From positions 124,001 to 188,000 of the forward strand of contig JBEWZL010000302.1 of the NCBI GenBank assembly GCA_045837725.1: a stretch of DNA of 64,000 bases, given 5' to 3'. The notes below the pieces were generated by a model. It was not told the DNA's origin, did not search any database, and was given only the letters and a program-made list of their open reading frames with translations. Made by a program: the position numbers and the translations under genes. This DNA comes from Vermamoeba vermiformis (lineage: Eukaryota). Below are positions 12,176 to 33,724 of this stretch, piece by piece (within the stretch, counting starts at the first letter, position 1; each line of letters begins with the position of its first letter).

Positions 12176-14610
12176 ATGTATTTTATAATACTGTTGATCT
12201 TAACGATCGGTGGCATCGTTGGATGGGTAAGTTCGGAGCTTCGATCGCATCAGCCTGCGGCGACTTTCTAACAATTGTATACTTTAGAATTACTATAAAA
12301 AATCTCAAAATGCCAAAATATATGCCAAATACGATGTTCCCGGCTCTTACAAAGGTAAAGTGTCGCCTTGAAGATCAACTAGCAAAATGATTTTTACCTG
12401 GGCTTGAACCAGAACGTATTTTTATAATATACGATGTTGCGTATTTTAAGAATATTTTCGCGTATTATTAGGGCTATTGATGAGTTTTGTAAAGCTGTGG
12501 AAGCTAGATCAGAAAATCAAAATTAATTATTTAATTTCAAAAATTATAGGCAAGGTCGTGCTTATTACAGGCGCTAGCAGTGGTATCGGCAAAGCGATTG
12601 CCTTGAATTACTCTCGTCGTGGAGCTTCGTAAGTATATTTTTCGGCATTTTTCAATTTACCATTCCATTTTGGTCTTAAATTCTAAATACTTTTCAAAAT
12701 ATATATACATGAGGTACCATTGTATTAAGGCTCGCAAACAACCTCCAAATTTACAAAAACATTTGTCTTTCATCGATCGAATTTTCGGATCAGATCCTGC
12801 TTGGAATTCTGATGATCAGCCTTGTATACTAGCAATCAAAAATAATACATCTTATTCATATGTACTATACTCTACTGATTATTTAATAATTTATTTCGTT
12901 TCAGGATTGTTTTAGCAGCTCGTCGAGCTGAGCAATTGCAACAAGTGGCCTCGCAATGCAAATCACAAGGCGCAGCTGACGTACTCACTGTTGCTACTGA
13001 CGTCACACGCGAACAAGACTGCAAGTAAGTACAGCTCGTAATACGATTACTGTTCGTGGAAAAAGTGGCTCGAAGTCACTGTCAAACACGACTACCAAAA
13101 TCTCTTTTGAACGCAATTCTTCGCGTCAAATTTTATTTCAATTCCATTTCTACCAATTATAGTATAATTAACTCGATTACTGCCATTTCAGACACATTTT
13201 GACACTTTTGACACGTGTCACTGAACGACCGATTTGTCTAATTACAATACTTTTTGTAGGGCTCTGATCGACCAAGCCGTTTCCAAATTTGGAGGTCTTG
13301 ACATATTAGTACGTATTCTTAATTATAGCTCTTATCCGAGCTTAAGTAACGAGCCATAAAACAGGTTTTGAATGCTGGTCGTGGTGCACTCGTTGACTTT
13401 GAACAAACCAAGAATTTGGATGGTACGAGATACTATCCATTACTAAATATGGAAAGTGAGCCTAATATATCGTTAATTATAGAGTACCGCGAGTTGATGG
13501 ACATTAATTACTGGGGCGCAGTTCATATGACATTCTACGCTCTCGCACATTTGAAGAAACGACACGGCAAAGTGGTCGTTATTTCTTCTATTAGTGGTAC
13601 GTAGACCTGTCAAAACTATCACTATAATACCAGCCTATCCTATCTCGATCGGATCTGATCCCGCAACTTAAGATTGGTCTGAAATAATCTTTAGCTCTTA
13701 TTGCTCAAATATGTTATAATTATATTAAGGTTCCTTTATAAAACATAAATGAGTTAATAGACCAACAGATCTAATATTTTTCCTAATTAGGCAAGCTCGG
13801 TGTTCCCCATCGCACTGCTTACGCACCAACTAAGTTCGCGTTGCACGGTAAGTCTTGTACTAGTTTAATATCACGTGGTTAACATTTCGCGCCCTCTAAA
13901 GGTTTCTTTGACTCACTGCGACTTGAAGTCGGCCAAGAAGTTCAAATCACGTTGATTTGCCCTGGTAAGTAATTTCGTTTGAAAATCAACCAAAAATTTT
14001 CCAAGAAAAAGTAGCACTATTTAACTCGAATTTCGTTCTGTCAACCTTGGCGGAACACGAAGACTGTTTTTTTTATTCATTTTTTCACGAACGAATTATC
14101 ATGTGATAATGGCCAGTACTAATGATCAACTCGATGCTAGGCTTCGTATTATCGGATTTCCACGAAAAAGCGATTGGCATTGAAGGCGAGAACAAAGTTG
14201 AAAATCAACGCGAGCGAAAGTTTGACCAGAAGAATTACATGACCCCCGAGAAGTGTGCTGAGCTCATTGTGCACGCAGAACAAGATGGTACTCGCGAGCT
14301 GGTACGTACAACACATATATTCATAGCTTATGGTTCTCTATTTTGACCTATCCATATTTATAATACAAAAAGTTGACCGGATCCAAGATCCGTCGAACAA
14401 AATTTTTCAAAATTAACAGTGGGGTTGCTCACGTTACTATAAATGGTACATAGGATTCTTATTAACTTCTACTTTAATAATTAGGTAATGAAATTGACGA
14501 ACAAACTCGGCGTTATTGCAAAGGATTTGTTGCCTGGTGCAGTTCTTGATTACTTCATTCAAATGAAAGAAAAAAGTGGTTTCAAAGACAATGCAACCAA
14601 GCACCAGTAG
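12176..14610 (+). CDS. Short-chain dehydrogenase/reductase (DHRS7/11beta-HSD-like) with N-terminal membrane anchor
   Basis: GKVVLITGASSGIG, VLNAG, SSISG and catalytic YAPTK motifs across exons. Stop TAG at 14608-14610. Confidence 0.93.
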
Positions 14611-14644
14611 TAGTATTGTTGGTTAAATAAACAGACTTTTTTGA

Positions 14645-16068
14645 TTAGATATTGCTAAGTTTGACATCTGCCAGATAAGGAAGTTCAAAGCAAGATTCGG
14701 CACTCAAACGTTTGTCTGGATCTTCTTGCAGCATTTCTTTAACCAAAGCAACTACAGAAATTCAGTGGATTGTAAGTTGAAAAGGGACTTACTTCCTGCA
14801 GGTGTTGCTAGATGCTCAATAACTCCACTTTGGACTTTGTTGATGAGTTGTTCTCTTGATTCCATTGAAGTAATGCTACATCCATACATCTGCAAATGTT
14901 AACTAAGCGAAAGAAAGGTGCCAAATGTACCATTTCAGCAATGACAAGGCCAGCAGAGTAGATGTCAATCTTTTCATCTTGGTTCTCATCTGCAAGTCTC
15001 TCAGGAGACCAGTACAAGGGTGTGCCACCATAATCATACTTAAGTTTGTATCCTTTGTGCAGGTGAACTGAAAACTAATACAACTGGTCAGCAAAAAAAA
15101 CAGCTATTTGCAGCAACTAACCCCAAAATCAATCAATTTAATCTCATTTGCAGGTGATACCATAACATTATCAGGCTTAATGTCTCCATGAATTAAGTTG
15201 TTTGCATGTATCCAGTACAAAGCCTTCAACTAAATTAGTAAAATAGGGAAGTATTACAACAAATAACTTACAGCCAATAGTCCTCGAACAAAATGCCTTA
15301 AATATACCTGGTTATCAAAGTGTGCAGGCAAAGGCAGTAACTTTTCCATAAAAATTGTAACCAGCCCATCCTTGTTAACTTCTGAATGCAACATTTTTAC
15401 AACTCCAGGACCTTCATTACAATTATAATCTCACCAATTATCAAGTAGACAAACCTGCTGCATATCTTAGCATATGAACTTCATGCTCACCATCATCAGA
15501 ACCCTTAACAACTTTAAGTACAACTTTAGTACCGTTGTTAAGCTTTGCAGAAAAGATGTCAGAGGCAGAGGTCTGTAAATTGTCAAAATTATCAAGTTTC
15601 ATTGAACCATACCTTGACTAAGAGCTTTGAATGACTGGTAGTCCAAGCATCAGTCTTAGCCTTTTTGGAGGTATTGTTTGCACCTTCTTTGTTGGAGCCA
15701 CTAATCTCAGCTATCTTTCTCTTTTTATTGCTTGACTTCCCATCGTTATCTTTGTGTTTCTTTGCACTATTTTCTACTGACACTTGCTTTGCTGGTGGCA
15801 AGGGAGGTGTGGCATCTGTGGGTGGAAGGCTCTGCAATTTAGCGCCATCATCCACAATTTGTTCTATTTCAAATATTCCACTTTTGAAGCTCCATTTTTT
15901 GGGGTGATTAAAGCTGTCATTCTCCAGCAAACTTAGGATCTGTTGTTGCAAATCTGCTTTCTTTTTTTTTGGTTGCAACGATTGATCTTGTTGATAATAG
16001 TGGTCGAATATATATTTCAAAGCATCTAACTTGGTGCTTTTTTTCAGCACGAATGAGCGTAAACTCAT
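14645..16068 (-). CDS. Ser/Thr protein kinase with Lys-rich N-terminal region and no Gly-rich loop (alternative start at 16170)
   Basis: Spliced motifs VVLKVV...E, IHGDIKPDNV, IDFG, GTPLYWSPE, DIYSAG and DPDKR. Stop TAA at 14647-14645. Confidence 0.88.
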
Positions 16069-16345
16069 CTCCTCTCGTGGTGCTAAAAAAATGGCGGATG
16101 CAAAAATGACTTTTTTCTTGTTTGAATTATTTAATTTAAACGGTCTACCAAAACACCCGTCAAGTACCATTTTGTTTATTAGGTTTGGGTTTTTGGGATA
16201 AAAACAAAACACCGAACAATCGTGGTTCTTAAAATATTCGCCGGTCCTCTGACTGCACAAACTGTCCGCTGCGATTTATTGAAACAGTATTTACAATATT
16301 TGTTCAATTGTTAAACACATGTAACCAAACTAACAAAATTAACGT

Positions 16346-17075
16346 ATGGAGAAGGCAGACAAAAAAGATTGTAAAGCAGATTATTATTTTCGTCCCGATC
16401 AAAAGATACTCGAACGTGCAGAAGACGGAAATGAGTTTGAAGGCGCTATAGTTGATCAAAAAGATTTGGACCTAATTGCTAAAATTAATGATTTAGTATC
16501 CTCACCGTTTTGGCGTGACATCTGGATTCAGATCGCATTTTCTGGCGTGAAATACCAAATTGAAGTCCAAGAAGAAACCGAATGTGGAGAAAAAATAGTA
16601 CGTAGAAGTCTGCATATAATGAAGCCCGAATTTTCAACAATGAAAAACTTTACACCATACTCGTACCTGGAAATCTGGAGAGAAGACACCGAGGGAGCGA
16701 ATAAAAAGGGATGGAACTGGTCTGGTGATACTTACATTTATGTACATGAACTTAGTGGCCCTTCAAGCATCAAAGACGTAAGTTAAATGTCAATAAAATT
16801 GCTCGATCGGGCACGTCGAATAATTAATATTGTAGGCAGTAATTCTAGTGATGCTGAATAAGGCCAAACAATATCCTTTTACTCATTATTTAACGGAACA
16901 AGAACCTTGTCAACCATACCCCGACTGGGAGTCTTTGTGGCTGGATCGGATCGGAATCTGCGACTTACCGAAGTGGACCTCGGCTCCAAAATCAGTTGTA
17001 TATTTAAATGGATGCATTACCATCGCTCAAAAAGCATCAAACGTCTATATGGTGATATCTGTAAATAGTTCTTGA
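16346..17075 (+). CDS. Hypothetical protein, 2 exons, divergent from the kinase
   Basis: ORFs 16346-16786 and 16848-17075 join through a GTAAGT...TAG intron (about 16778-16835). No family recognised. Confidence 0.6.
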
Positions 17076-17245
17076 CGTATTTCTACTTTTCACTGAAACA
17101 ATTAATAAAATTGATAAAATTACATGTTGAACCGACCCCAAATTCCCGTGCCCAGTATAAAACTATTCTATGCTTAGCGCAACTCTAGCTCGGATGCAGA
17201 TCCGGATCTTAGATCAGTCAAGGTGCCTCATTTATCTAACGTAGT

Positions 17246-18569
17246 CTAACGCTTATGAATACATTTGTACTGTACGTTAGTGAGACAAGTATCAGTTGGT
17301 AACCAAATCTTTGGCACGCAAGTGTTGCACTGCGAATCATAACCGCAATCGTACCACACCCTTTGGCCGTTCACGCACTCCTCGTAGCTGAACTCTTCTG
17401 TGCCCAAACAAGTACCAATTCTTCTGTACTCGGCAGTCATGGCACTATAATGATATTTTAGTATTATTCTTTATCAATGTGTCGTTAAAAATTTGTCCGA
17501 AAGTACGGATCTGGATCTGGTCGAAAGAAGTGCTTACAAATCACACCATTGATTATCATATGTGGTCTCTTGTACCCAATCGCCTCTAGGCAATTCGAAC
17601 TTTCTTATACAAGTCGTAAAGATGTACATATTGTCTAGCAAACGACATCCAGGGACGCATTTCTGGACCAACTCGGTTTTAGCTTTGACGATTGACGCCT
17701 TTGTTCCATTGCACAAATTATCGTAGCTATAGTAACTCGTTTGCGGTTCCAAGTGGGCGTCAAATCTACAGCTCATGGTTCCATTTACGAGTACCAGCGC
17801 ATTGTTATCGTCTTCAAAAATTGTCGCGGATTCCAATTCAATTTCATCCTCAGCGTCTATATAATTATGAGATATACTATATGATATATTGGAGTTCAAA
17901 CGCTCCTTACATTCGTCGGTGCAATACAAAGTGATTTTAATTTCGTGTTGCGCTTTCGGACTACACTCGGAGCAGTATTCGCCGTTCTTATAATGAATAA
18001 CGACGCCCATATTATTATCTGATAAGAGAATTAGAATAAGGAAATTATAGAGTTACATTGGAGTACTTACTAAGACCAGTAATGGTCGATGAAGAGTCCA
18101 ATTGCCCGAGGCATATCTCATGCTTCTTGCCGTATAAATTCTCCTTGTAAATTTGGCAAGCAGCTGTAAATATAATATATAATTAGCATTCGCACGCGAA
18201 TATCTTTAAAAAAATTCAGATCCGTACAGCTATCCCCGCAAGATCCACAATACTCTGGTAAAGTACCACAAATCGATATGTTATATATGTATATCTGACC
18301 ATCGCTACCTATAGCATCGGTATGGTGCAGCCTTTAAAGTTTGAAATGTTAGAAAAGTTTCGGATGTAATGGATATTACGCAATCAGGGAGGGATTGCTA
18401 GCTTGAGTGAGATAATCATAGTACGATATAATACGTACTGTTTTTGGAAAGGAGACATATCGTAAGTAGATCCATCAGGCGCTACAACTTGCTTGTTGCA
18501 AAGAAATGCTTGGACCGAAACCAAGAGCGCCGTAAGCGCAAATGTGAATAGAACTGGACTAGCGTTCAT
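17246..18569 (-). CDS. Secreted Cys-rich protein with an N-terminal MRH (mannose-6-phosphate receptor homology)-like domain
   Basis: Signal peptide, then GSTYDMSPF...YIYNISICG...AACQ...CLG...GVVIHYKNGEYC...ITLYC, which is the MRH pattern, followed by Cys-rich repeats. Confidence 0.7.
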
Positions 18570-18800
18570 TTGTTGTATTTGTTGCGCGTTTGAGACCAAA
18601 ATTAAAGGTGTTTCGGAACGAGTAGAATAAATATAGACTCGGATCCAAAATTTGTACCCGACGTAGAAAAGTCGGGCGAAAAAGTATTCAAATTTTGATT
18701 TTATTTGTCGAACTCTTCAATGGAGCTATTAATAAAACAACATTAACGTTACACGAGTATTTATATTATAATTTTTTGTTTTCAGATCCGGATGTAGTTT

Positions 18801-24086
<5,286 letters not shown>

Positions 24087-24597
24087 TATAGATAATTAAT
24101 AGCGTTGTGGCTTATTAAAAAGGAGAGATTGAAAAAAAAAGATTTTGAAACTTTGGTCTATTTTGACCGAGAGGTTATTTTTGGCACCTTAATGCCGATC
24201 TGAATCAAAAGATCGTTACGATGCCAACATCGAGGATCACTCCCAGCCTAACCTCATTGTGCTCGGATTACGTCAATTTAAACTACGGGCTCAAAGTTTA
24301 CGCGGATGTGGTTCGATTGGGACTTTGAGGGAATTTGACGATTAGGCTTATAGATGAAGCTGTAGTACCTTAGGAGCCACCAGTACCCATTTTCATGCCA
24401 TGATCTCGATGTATCTCGCACGTGACTTTGCTGTCGGCAACAAACATAAAATTCGGGAAGAACGAAAATGATGTGGACCGCGTGTTCAGTCCAGTTTGAG
24501 GAATTCCTCTGTGTACATCACCACGCAAGATATTATATCATGATACAAGCAATCGTTCGGTAACAGTTAAAGCAAGAGAAGCAGATTCACGAACAAA

Positions 24598-27500
24598 ATG
24601 GAACACGAATGCTGGCTTTATGTTAATAAGCAAGGACCGTCTTCGCGGCAATGGAAAAAACGATGGGCCGGATGGAACGAAAATAATCAATCTCTCGAGT
24701 ATAGGTACTGTATTCATATTAACTACGTAAAGTTTTAAATGTTGAAATTAACTCACGATTGAATTCAAGTACTTTATTATTTTTAATATAATCAATATTA
24801 TATTGATCGTATTCTACGAATTAGAAAACAACCCGGTGATAGATCAGTCACTGTAATTTGCATTGGAAAGGTAGATTCAATTTCCGCTTCCTCAGTGGTA
24901 AGTCCTCTATAACAACATCCCTATATTAAAATAATATTTTATAACAATATGGCGGCAAAAATGCGATTTTCCGCTCGGTTGAAATCGGATGTGATCCCTA
25001 GTTCTTGGATCTGTCCTACAACCAATCTTTTATCACTTTAAAGTTAATATTATAATTAACTATATAAAAATCTATTTGATATGGTATTCCCAACGCTCCC
25101 GAAAACCGGGCGAAAAAGTTAATCCGGATCCACTGACTCACAAAATCTTTGGCTTGCCTTCGATTGAATTAAGACATTAAATCTACCGTTCATGAAAATA
25201 ATTTCGATTCGTAAAAAATATTAATACTATCACCCCTAGTGCCACCATCGCAAGACTGACACAGCGCATCCGTCTACTGGATTCATTGTAGCTGCTGACA
25301 GAGTTTATTATTTTTCATGTGATACACTAGTAAGTACTTAATATAGCTATCATCTACTAAAGATGTGCTTATTATCGCTAAAATAACGATTTTAAGCGAG
25401 ATCCGTCTATTCACCAAAGAATAAAACGGAAAATCTCATTCTACCCTAGCAGAATGGTTCTCATATTAATATTGTGCTATATTAGGACGATAGAGAGAAA
25501 TGGATCGAGTTTTTATGGAAGAAAAGAAATGTCTACATTAGTTTGGGCTCAACGGATAGTCAGCAACGACCGACAAGTTCAAGTTTGACCGGATCTGGCC
25601 ACGATTATCCGACACAGAGCTTAGAACAGGCTAGCGTAGGGCACGTACTAGCGAATTTGCCTCCCTTAATGCCAGGTTCGTATTAATGTTGTTCCTGTTT
25701 TGATGTTCCTGAACACATTTCAACAAAATCTCACGACACCAAATCTGCAATTTCAAATTTCGAGTCTTTACCTCAAAATATCTGAAATGCTGTCCTACCA
25801 TATTAGCAAATCATAGCGAATCTCAAGCGAGAATTATCAACCAACACTAGATCTTGGATCCAGCTCACTTTTTCATCAAATTCATCCCAAAACCAAATTA
25901 TAATCCTGTCATATCGTATATTACTATAATATATCATTATATGTTTATTGATAGGTCAATCTTAGCGATACAATTGATATCAAACTGATAATGTTATCTT
26001 TTTTTAGTTTTGTTGAATGAAGCGATGGCCACTGGCGCGCCAAAAATTCAAATTACACCGAGGAGTGAAGGAGAAGCAGCGCCGTTGTCTCCCCATACGA
26101 GTAACAGACAAGCACTGGACGATGATAGCAAACGAGCGTCGTGGTCCCCGATGAGCTCTCACGAGATCGATCAGCTTAAAAAGGAAAAAGATCAGTTGGA
26201 GATCGATCTGAAATCTTTGCGGGACAAATTTGACACTGTTTCTGAGAAGTATAGACGAGAGACGCATAGATTAGGAGTGGATAAGTATGCCACTGAACGG
26301 ATTAAGAACACTAGCGAATCAGCGCCTAATACTTTAAAATACAAATCGACCGTTAGAAAATCAATTTTGCCTGGGGCAAATAATCCATACGAAAATAATA
26401 AAATTCTGGTAATATTACGAATATTACTATTAATGGCAACGATGATATCCCTGAAGGAGATGAAGTCGAAGAAGGATTTATGGATATCGATAAATTGATT
26501 AATAACGAAGATTATGATTCACCGAGAGGCGCATCCGGATCAAATTCAGTGCCGGATACAGTCACCTCTAGTCCTCGTGAATATGCTCCCCCTCGTCAAG
26601 CAATGTCACCTGATAGCATTTTGGATCGAAGAAGAATGCATAAAGGCCATAGCAAGAGCGACGAATTCAATAGAACTGCATCCGTCGTCAACCAAAGAAA
26701 CGGACCTGAAGAATTGAAGAATATTGACTTTTCTAAATTTGGATACTACGCTAAGAACAAAACGGCCGAAGAAATTGTATTGGATCTGCTCAATGAGAAC
26801 AAGACTTTGAAGGAAAAGAAACGAAAGGCTGAAAATGACTTGAGCTTGCTTCAATTGAAGTATAATGAAGACTTGAGGAAAATAGTCGAATACGATCATA
26901 TTATAGAGAGGCTTAATGATGAAAAATCAAAGCTACGCGAACAGACGAACAAGTTGAAAACGGATCGAGCCAACTTCGAGAAGGAAAAAGAAACGATGAA
27001 TAACAATAGCAATTTGAACAATGTAAACCCTAATAATGCGCCTGGCACGATGAAGAGTCCTAGATCTGGCTCAGGGTAAGTAATTCAATCTAAACTGGAA
27101 CCGATTTCTATCAGCCTCCACGTGTCCAATACTCATTATACTATACAGCGATAGGACGATTAAGACCAAGGAAGAAGGTCAGAAGAAAGTTCCAAAGAAG
27201 CAATTACTGAAGGATCTGGAGACCGTTACAAAACAACTCGAACAAGTAACTGTCGAATATGAAGCTGCAAAATCGCAATGGCAACAACAAAAGAAGCGAA
27301 TGGACGAAGATAAGAATAAACCCCTGCCGAAAGAGCGAATAGAAGCTCCTGATAGCGGATCGGGCCCGAACTTGAGCACGTCGCCAGAACTTCCAAGGTA
27401 TGCTATCTGCTAAGGACTACTCGGCGTCTTCACTCTATTCGAAGAGTAGCTTGTATATTCATGCGTATAACGTTGTGTAACGGCGCTCAAGTTGACAGAA

Positions 27501-28156
27501 ATTTGACGGTCAAATTTTGAATTTTTGATGGTCAAATTTACAGCGTACTGATTCAATCTCTAACTTCTATCATATGTAGTAATATGAGTGCGGAACAAGA
27601 AAAAGTGTTCTATAAGAACAAATGGCTCAGTTTGAAAGAAAGGCACGAACAAGATCTCCGTCGAACAAAGTCCCTGGAAGAAGAACGCAACAAATTGAAG
27701 GCAGATCTGGCTAAACTACCTAAGACAGGCTCGGCGCCTAGTATTGAACTAGCTCCATCGCTAGTCAATGCCAAACTCTTCAGTCATCCGCAACTGGAAC
27801 AAACGCCGAATCTGTCGCAACTTCTGAAAGAAAAATTGGCGATTAATAATGAGCTACGCCAACTAAAACTACAGTTGAACGATCTTAATCATAAGATCAG
27901 TCATGGAACGCTACAAGCAAGCGATCCGCAAAAGAGCGAGATCGAATCTGCGATCCATACGAAAACTGCTCGACTTGAAGAAGTATCGAAGCTGATCGAT
28001 GAAGAAGATAGTAAGGTGAATTTAAATAGCTCAAATTTAGCCCATAAGCCGAAGAGTAATCCGAAATTGAACGTCCCTAGCGAAGTTCGAATTTCAATCA
28101 AAACTTTAACCTTAGTGTTAGTCGTAATTGTAGCATATGTGTTTAAAACCTTGTAA
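24598..28156 (+). CDS. PH domain + long coiled coil + C-terminal TM (tail-anchored) protein, with an apparent 1-nt frameshift near 26400
   Basis: MEHECWLYVNKQGPSSRQWKKRW...RVYYFSCDTLDDREKWIEFL (PH domain), heptad-rich ORFs from 26010 to 28156, and C-terminal TLTLVLVVIVAYVFKTL*. Confidence 0.78.
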
Positions 28157-28477
28157 ATAATAGTAACAAATGGTTAAAAAGCTCTAATATCTCAATTTAA
28201 TCTCGAAAAAAATTGAACGGATCTTGCTCCATCCAATGCGATACTAACTCAGGCTCGAGTTTTGACCCTAATTAGCTTCTATATTACCTCTTTGTAGTTT
28301 CGATTAGTTGTGCACCATTATTATCGTTTATTTCTCAATTATCAGCAGAAGAACCGATTAAGTTTCTGCTCGGTTTTTTTGCCTTTTTTGGAAGCTCCAC
28401 GTGATCATCAACATAAAATCTAATGCAAAAGGACAGTTTTATCATTAATCTAAACCATTTAGAACATAACACAAGAG

Positions 28478-29596
28478 ATGAGCCTTAAAGACATAGAGAT
28501 CCGCGAGATTAAAGAAGAGGAGGATCTGTCCAGCGCCATTCAAGTAAGGCAAATATAATTGAAAGTAATATTTAATTAACTTTTAAATATTAGATCATCG
28601 TTGATGCGTTCGCAGGGGAACTAGATCAAGACACAGCCAATCATTTTATAAATGATTTAAGAAAATACGGAATTATCGCAGTTCACAAGCCTTCGTCAGA
28701 AATTATCGGAATTAATTTTTTATCCACTAACGAAGGTAATTATAATTATGACAAAAATGTGACACCATATAAATTCTTTTGGATCTGATCTCGTGAAAAT
28801 TCAGATGATACTCGTGCTGTTGGACCTGTTGCAGTACGACCAGACAAATTTCAAGGCTTGGGAATAGGTCGATTATTAATGGAAGAAATCATTGCTAAAG
28901 CTAATCGAGAAGGCGTTAAGAAAATCACTTTAGTACAGGTAGATCCGCTCGGTTTTTCACAACTTGATTAATACTGAAACTTTAATAGGATGCATCCAAT
29001 ATGATAAGCTTGTCGCTCTACCTTAAATTAGGCTTTAACTTGACCGCTCACTGCGGAGAGTTCAAAGGACTAGTGCCCTCAACTAAGCAGATCCCAAAAT
29101 ATCTTATTCGCCCGATGACACTTGCCGACGTGTCAAAAGTGTCAAACGCATGGTCACATGCATGTGGATATACTAGACAAGCTGCTATAGTGAATTCGAT
29201 CAATAACGTAACAAATGAAACGCCTGCATCCGCTCGACCGTTCATAATTTTGGACGAGGAAGAATGTGTTGGATTCACGCTCGGTTTGAACTTCATGAGT
29301 TCAACACTAGTACAAAATACAGCTGTATTCAAAGCACTACTTCGATATGTAAGCAACTTACGTAACCCTAACGATCCGACCGACATTCCGCAGTTCATCA
29401 TTCCTTTGCAGTACGCTGGTAAGTTGACCGTTGCAAAAGTAAGTCATTTAGCTAACGCCTGTTAGATGTCATAGAATGGATGTTGAAAAAGAAAATGAAG
29501 TTGTTAAAGACGTTTAACCAAATGGTGTACAAAGACGCATCCAGTACAACTCCGAGCAATGGTTGGATCTTTGTTCCTTCAGGTGGCGGTTGTTAA
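28478..29596 (+). CDS. GNAT-family N-acetyltransferase, multi-exon
   Basis: VGPVAVRPDKFQGLGIGRLLM (motif A) and NMISLSLYLKLGF (motif B). Confidence 0.88.
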
Positions 29597-29826
29597 CAAG
29601 CATGCTTGTAGAATATGATAAATTCTCTCCATTGAAAATAGTTTATTTATTTACTCAGAATTACACTGTAATTATCTATTCTAATACTTGCGTATCGATC
29701 CAATAGATCTGCCGCTTTAAATTGTAAGTGAATTTGTTTGCGAAGGAGATTGCAAAGGCACTCTGTAGACAGCAGTGGGCGTTATTATCACCGTGCCAGT
29801 CCATCCTTGAAGGTTTGCAGGCACAG

Positions 29827-30069
29827 TTAGGAGTTGCACATTTGCAGCGTTATTAGTAGTCTGTTGCTCGGCAGGCTTATCATTGAATTGCTCTTGATCT
29901 TTTCCGACAAAGTTTCTAGTACTTTAATGTACTTATCAGCCAACACGGACTTTTCTTGTTGCAGCACCTTGACTTGGTCAGTTAACTCTTCGTTCTTTAG
30001 CTTCATGCTCTCACACAGTCGGGTGAGCTTCTCTACGGTTTCGTTCCAACTAAGATTTGCTTCGGACAT
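29827..30069 (-). CDS. Small coiled-coil hypothetical protein
   Basis: ATG in a CAACAAATG context and an 80-aa heptad-like ORF. No family recognised. Confidence 0.4.
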   Translation of the reverse strand: MSEANLSWNETVEKLTRLCESMKLKNEELTDQVKVLQQEKSVLADKYIKVLETLSEKIKSNSMISLPSNRLLITLQMCNS

Positions 30070-30654
30070 TTGTTGCGTTGTGTTGCTTCTTTGGCTTGGA
30101 AATAAAAAATGCACCGGAACTAGAAAAACAGATCTGCGAATTTGACGCAAAGCTGCAAACTAATCAGAGATTACGCGGTGCACTTTCAAACGAACAGTAC
30201 AACCATAACTGAGCCTTACTATTTGTGTGTATGCTCGATTCGCTGCTGGATCTGATCCCACGGACAGCCCACACTCGTTAAGAATAAGAATAGAAGAGAT
30301 TATTACCAATGTTTTTTATTATGAGTTGACAAGGGTTAAAAGTATTAATAAACAAGAATTCGTTTTTTTCAAATAAATACAAAAAAATCGCAACAACAAC
30401 TAGTAGATAAAGATAGTGTAAAACCATAGTGAAGGTTTTGAGTTAAAGGGTGATTGAGTGACAAATACGTCGAGTGTTTTTGTGTCGTTGACGATTTGCT
30501 TTGTATTTACAGAAAGAACGAACAGAAACTTACGAAGACAAGCCGAGATCCACCGCTCAAAAAAATAACAAATCAGATTTCCTTTTTTGGATCTCTGATT
30601 CGTTGCTTTCAGAGCGACAGATCCGTCTTGCCTTCGTAAGTTCCTATTCATCCT

Positions 30655-33324
<2,670 letters not shown>

Positions 33325-33724
33325 CAACGTGTTGTTAAGTTAAATAAGTGATAAAAAATGGGCGAAGCAAATTTTTTGGTTTTTGGTCTTGTCCCTCCGC
33401 ATTATTTTTTTGGCCTGGAAATTCAAAGCAAATTCGCAATTCAGAATGAAACCTCGTCAATTGTTCCATCGAGTACCTTTTAATTGAGATCGAACCGAAC
33501 TGTCAGATCTTAAGACCGATCGGATGCAGTCAAGATTCACTCGTCTGATCTTGCCCTAATTGATTCAATTTCGAGCAATATTACATTCAATGACTATAAA
33601 CATGGTAGCATACTTAATGTTGTCATTGACCATCTTCGTCTTGGATCGGATCCCGATCGGAATAATAAGTGAACGTATTAATTAAGGGAAAATACCATTT
33701 ACTTGGCCTCGCGACACATTGTAT

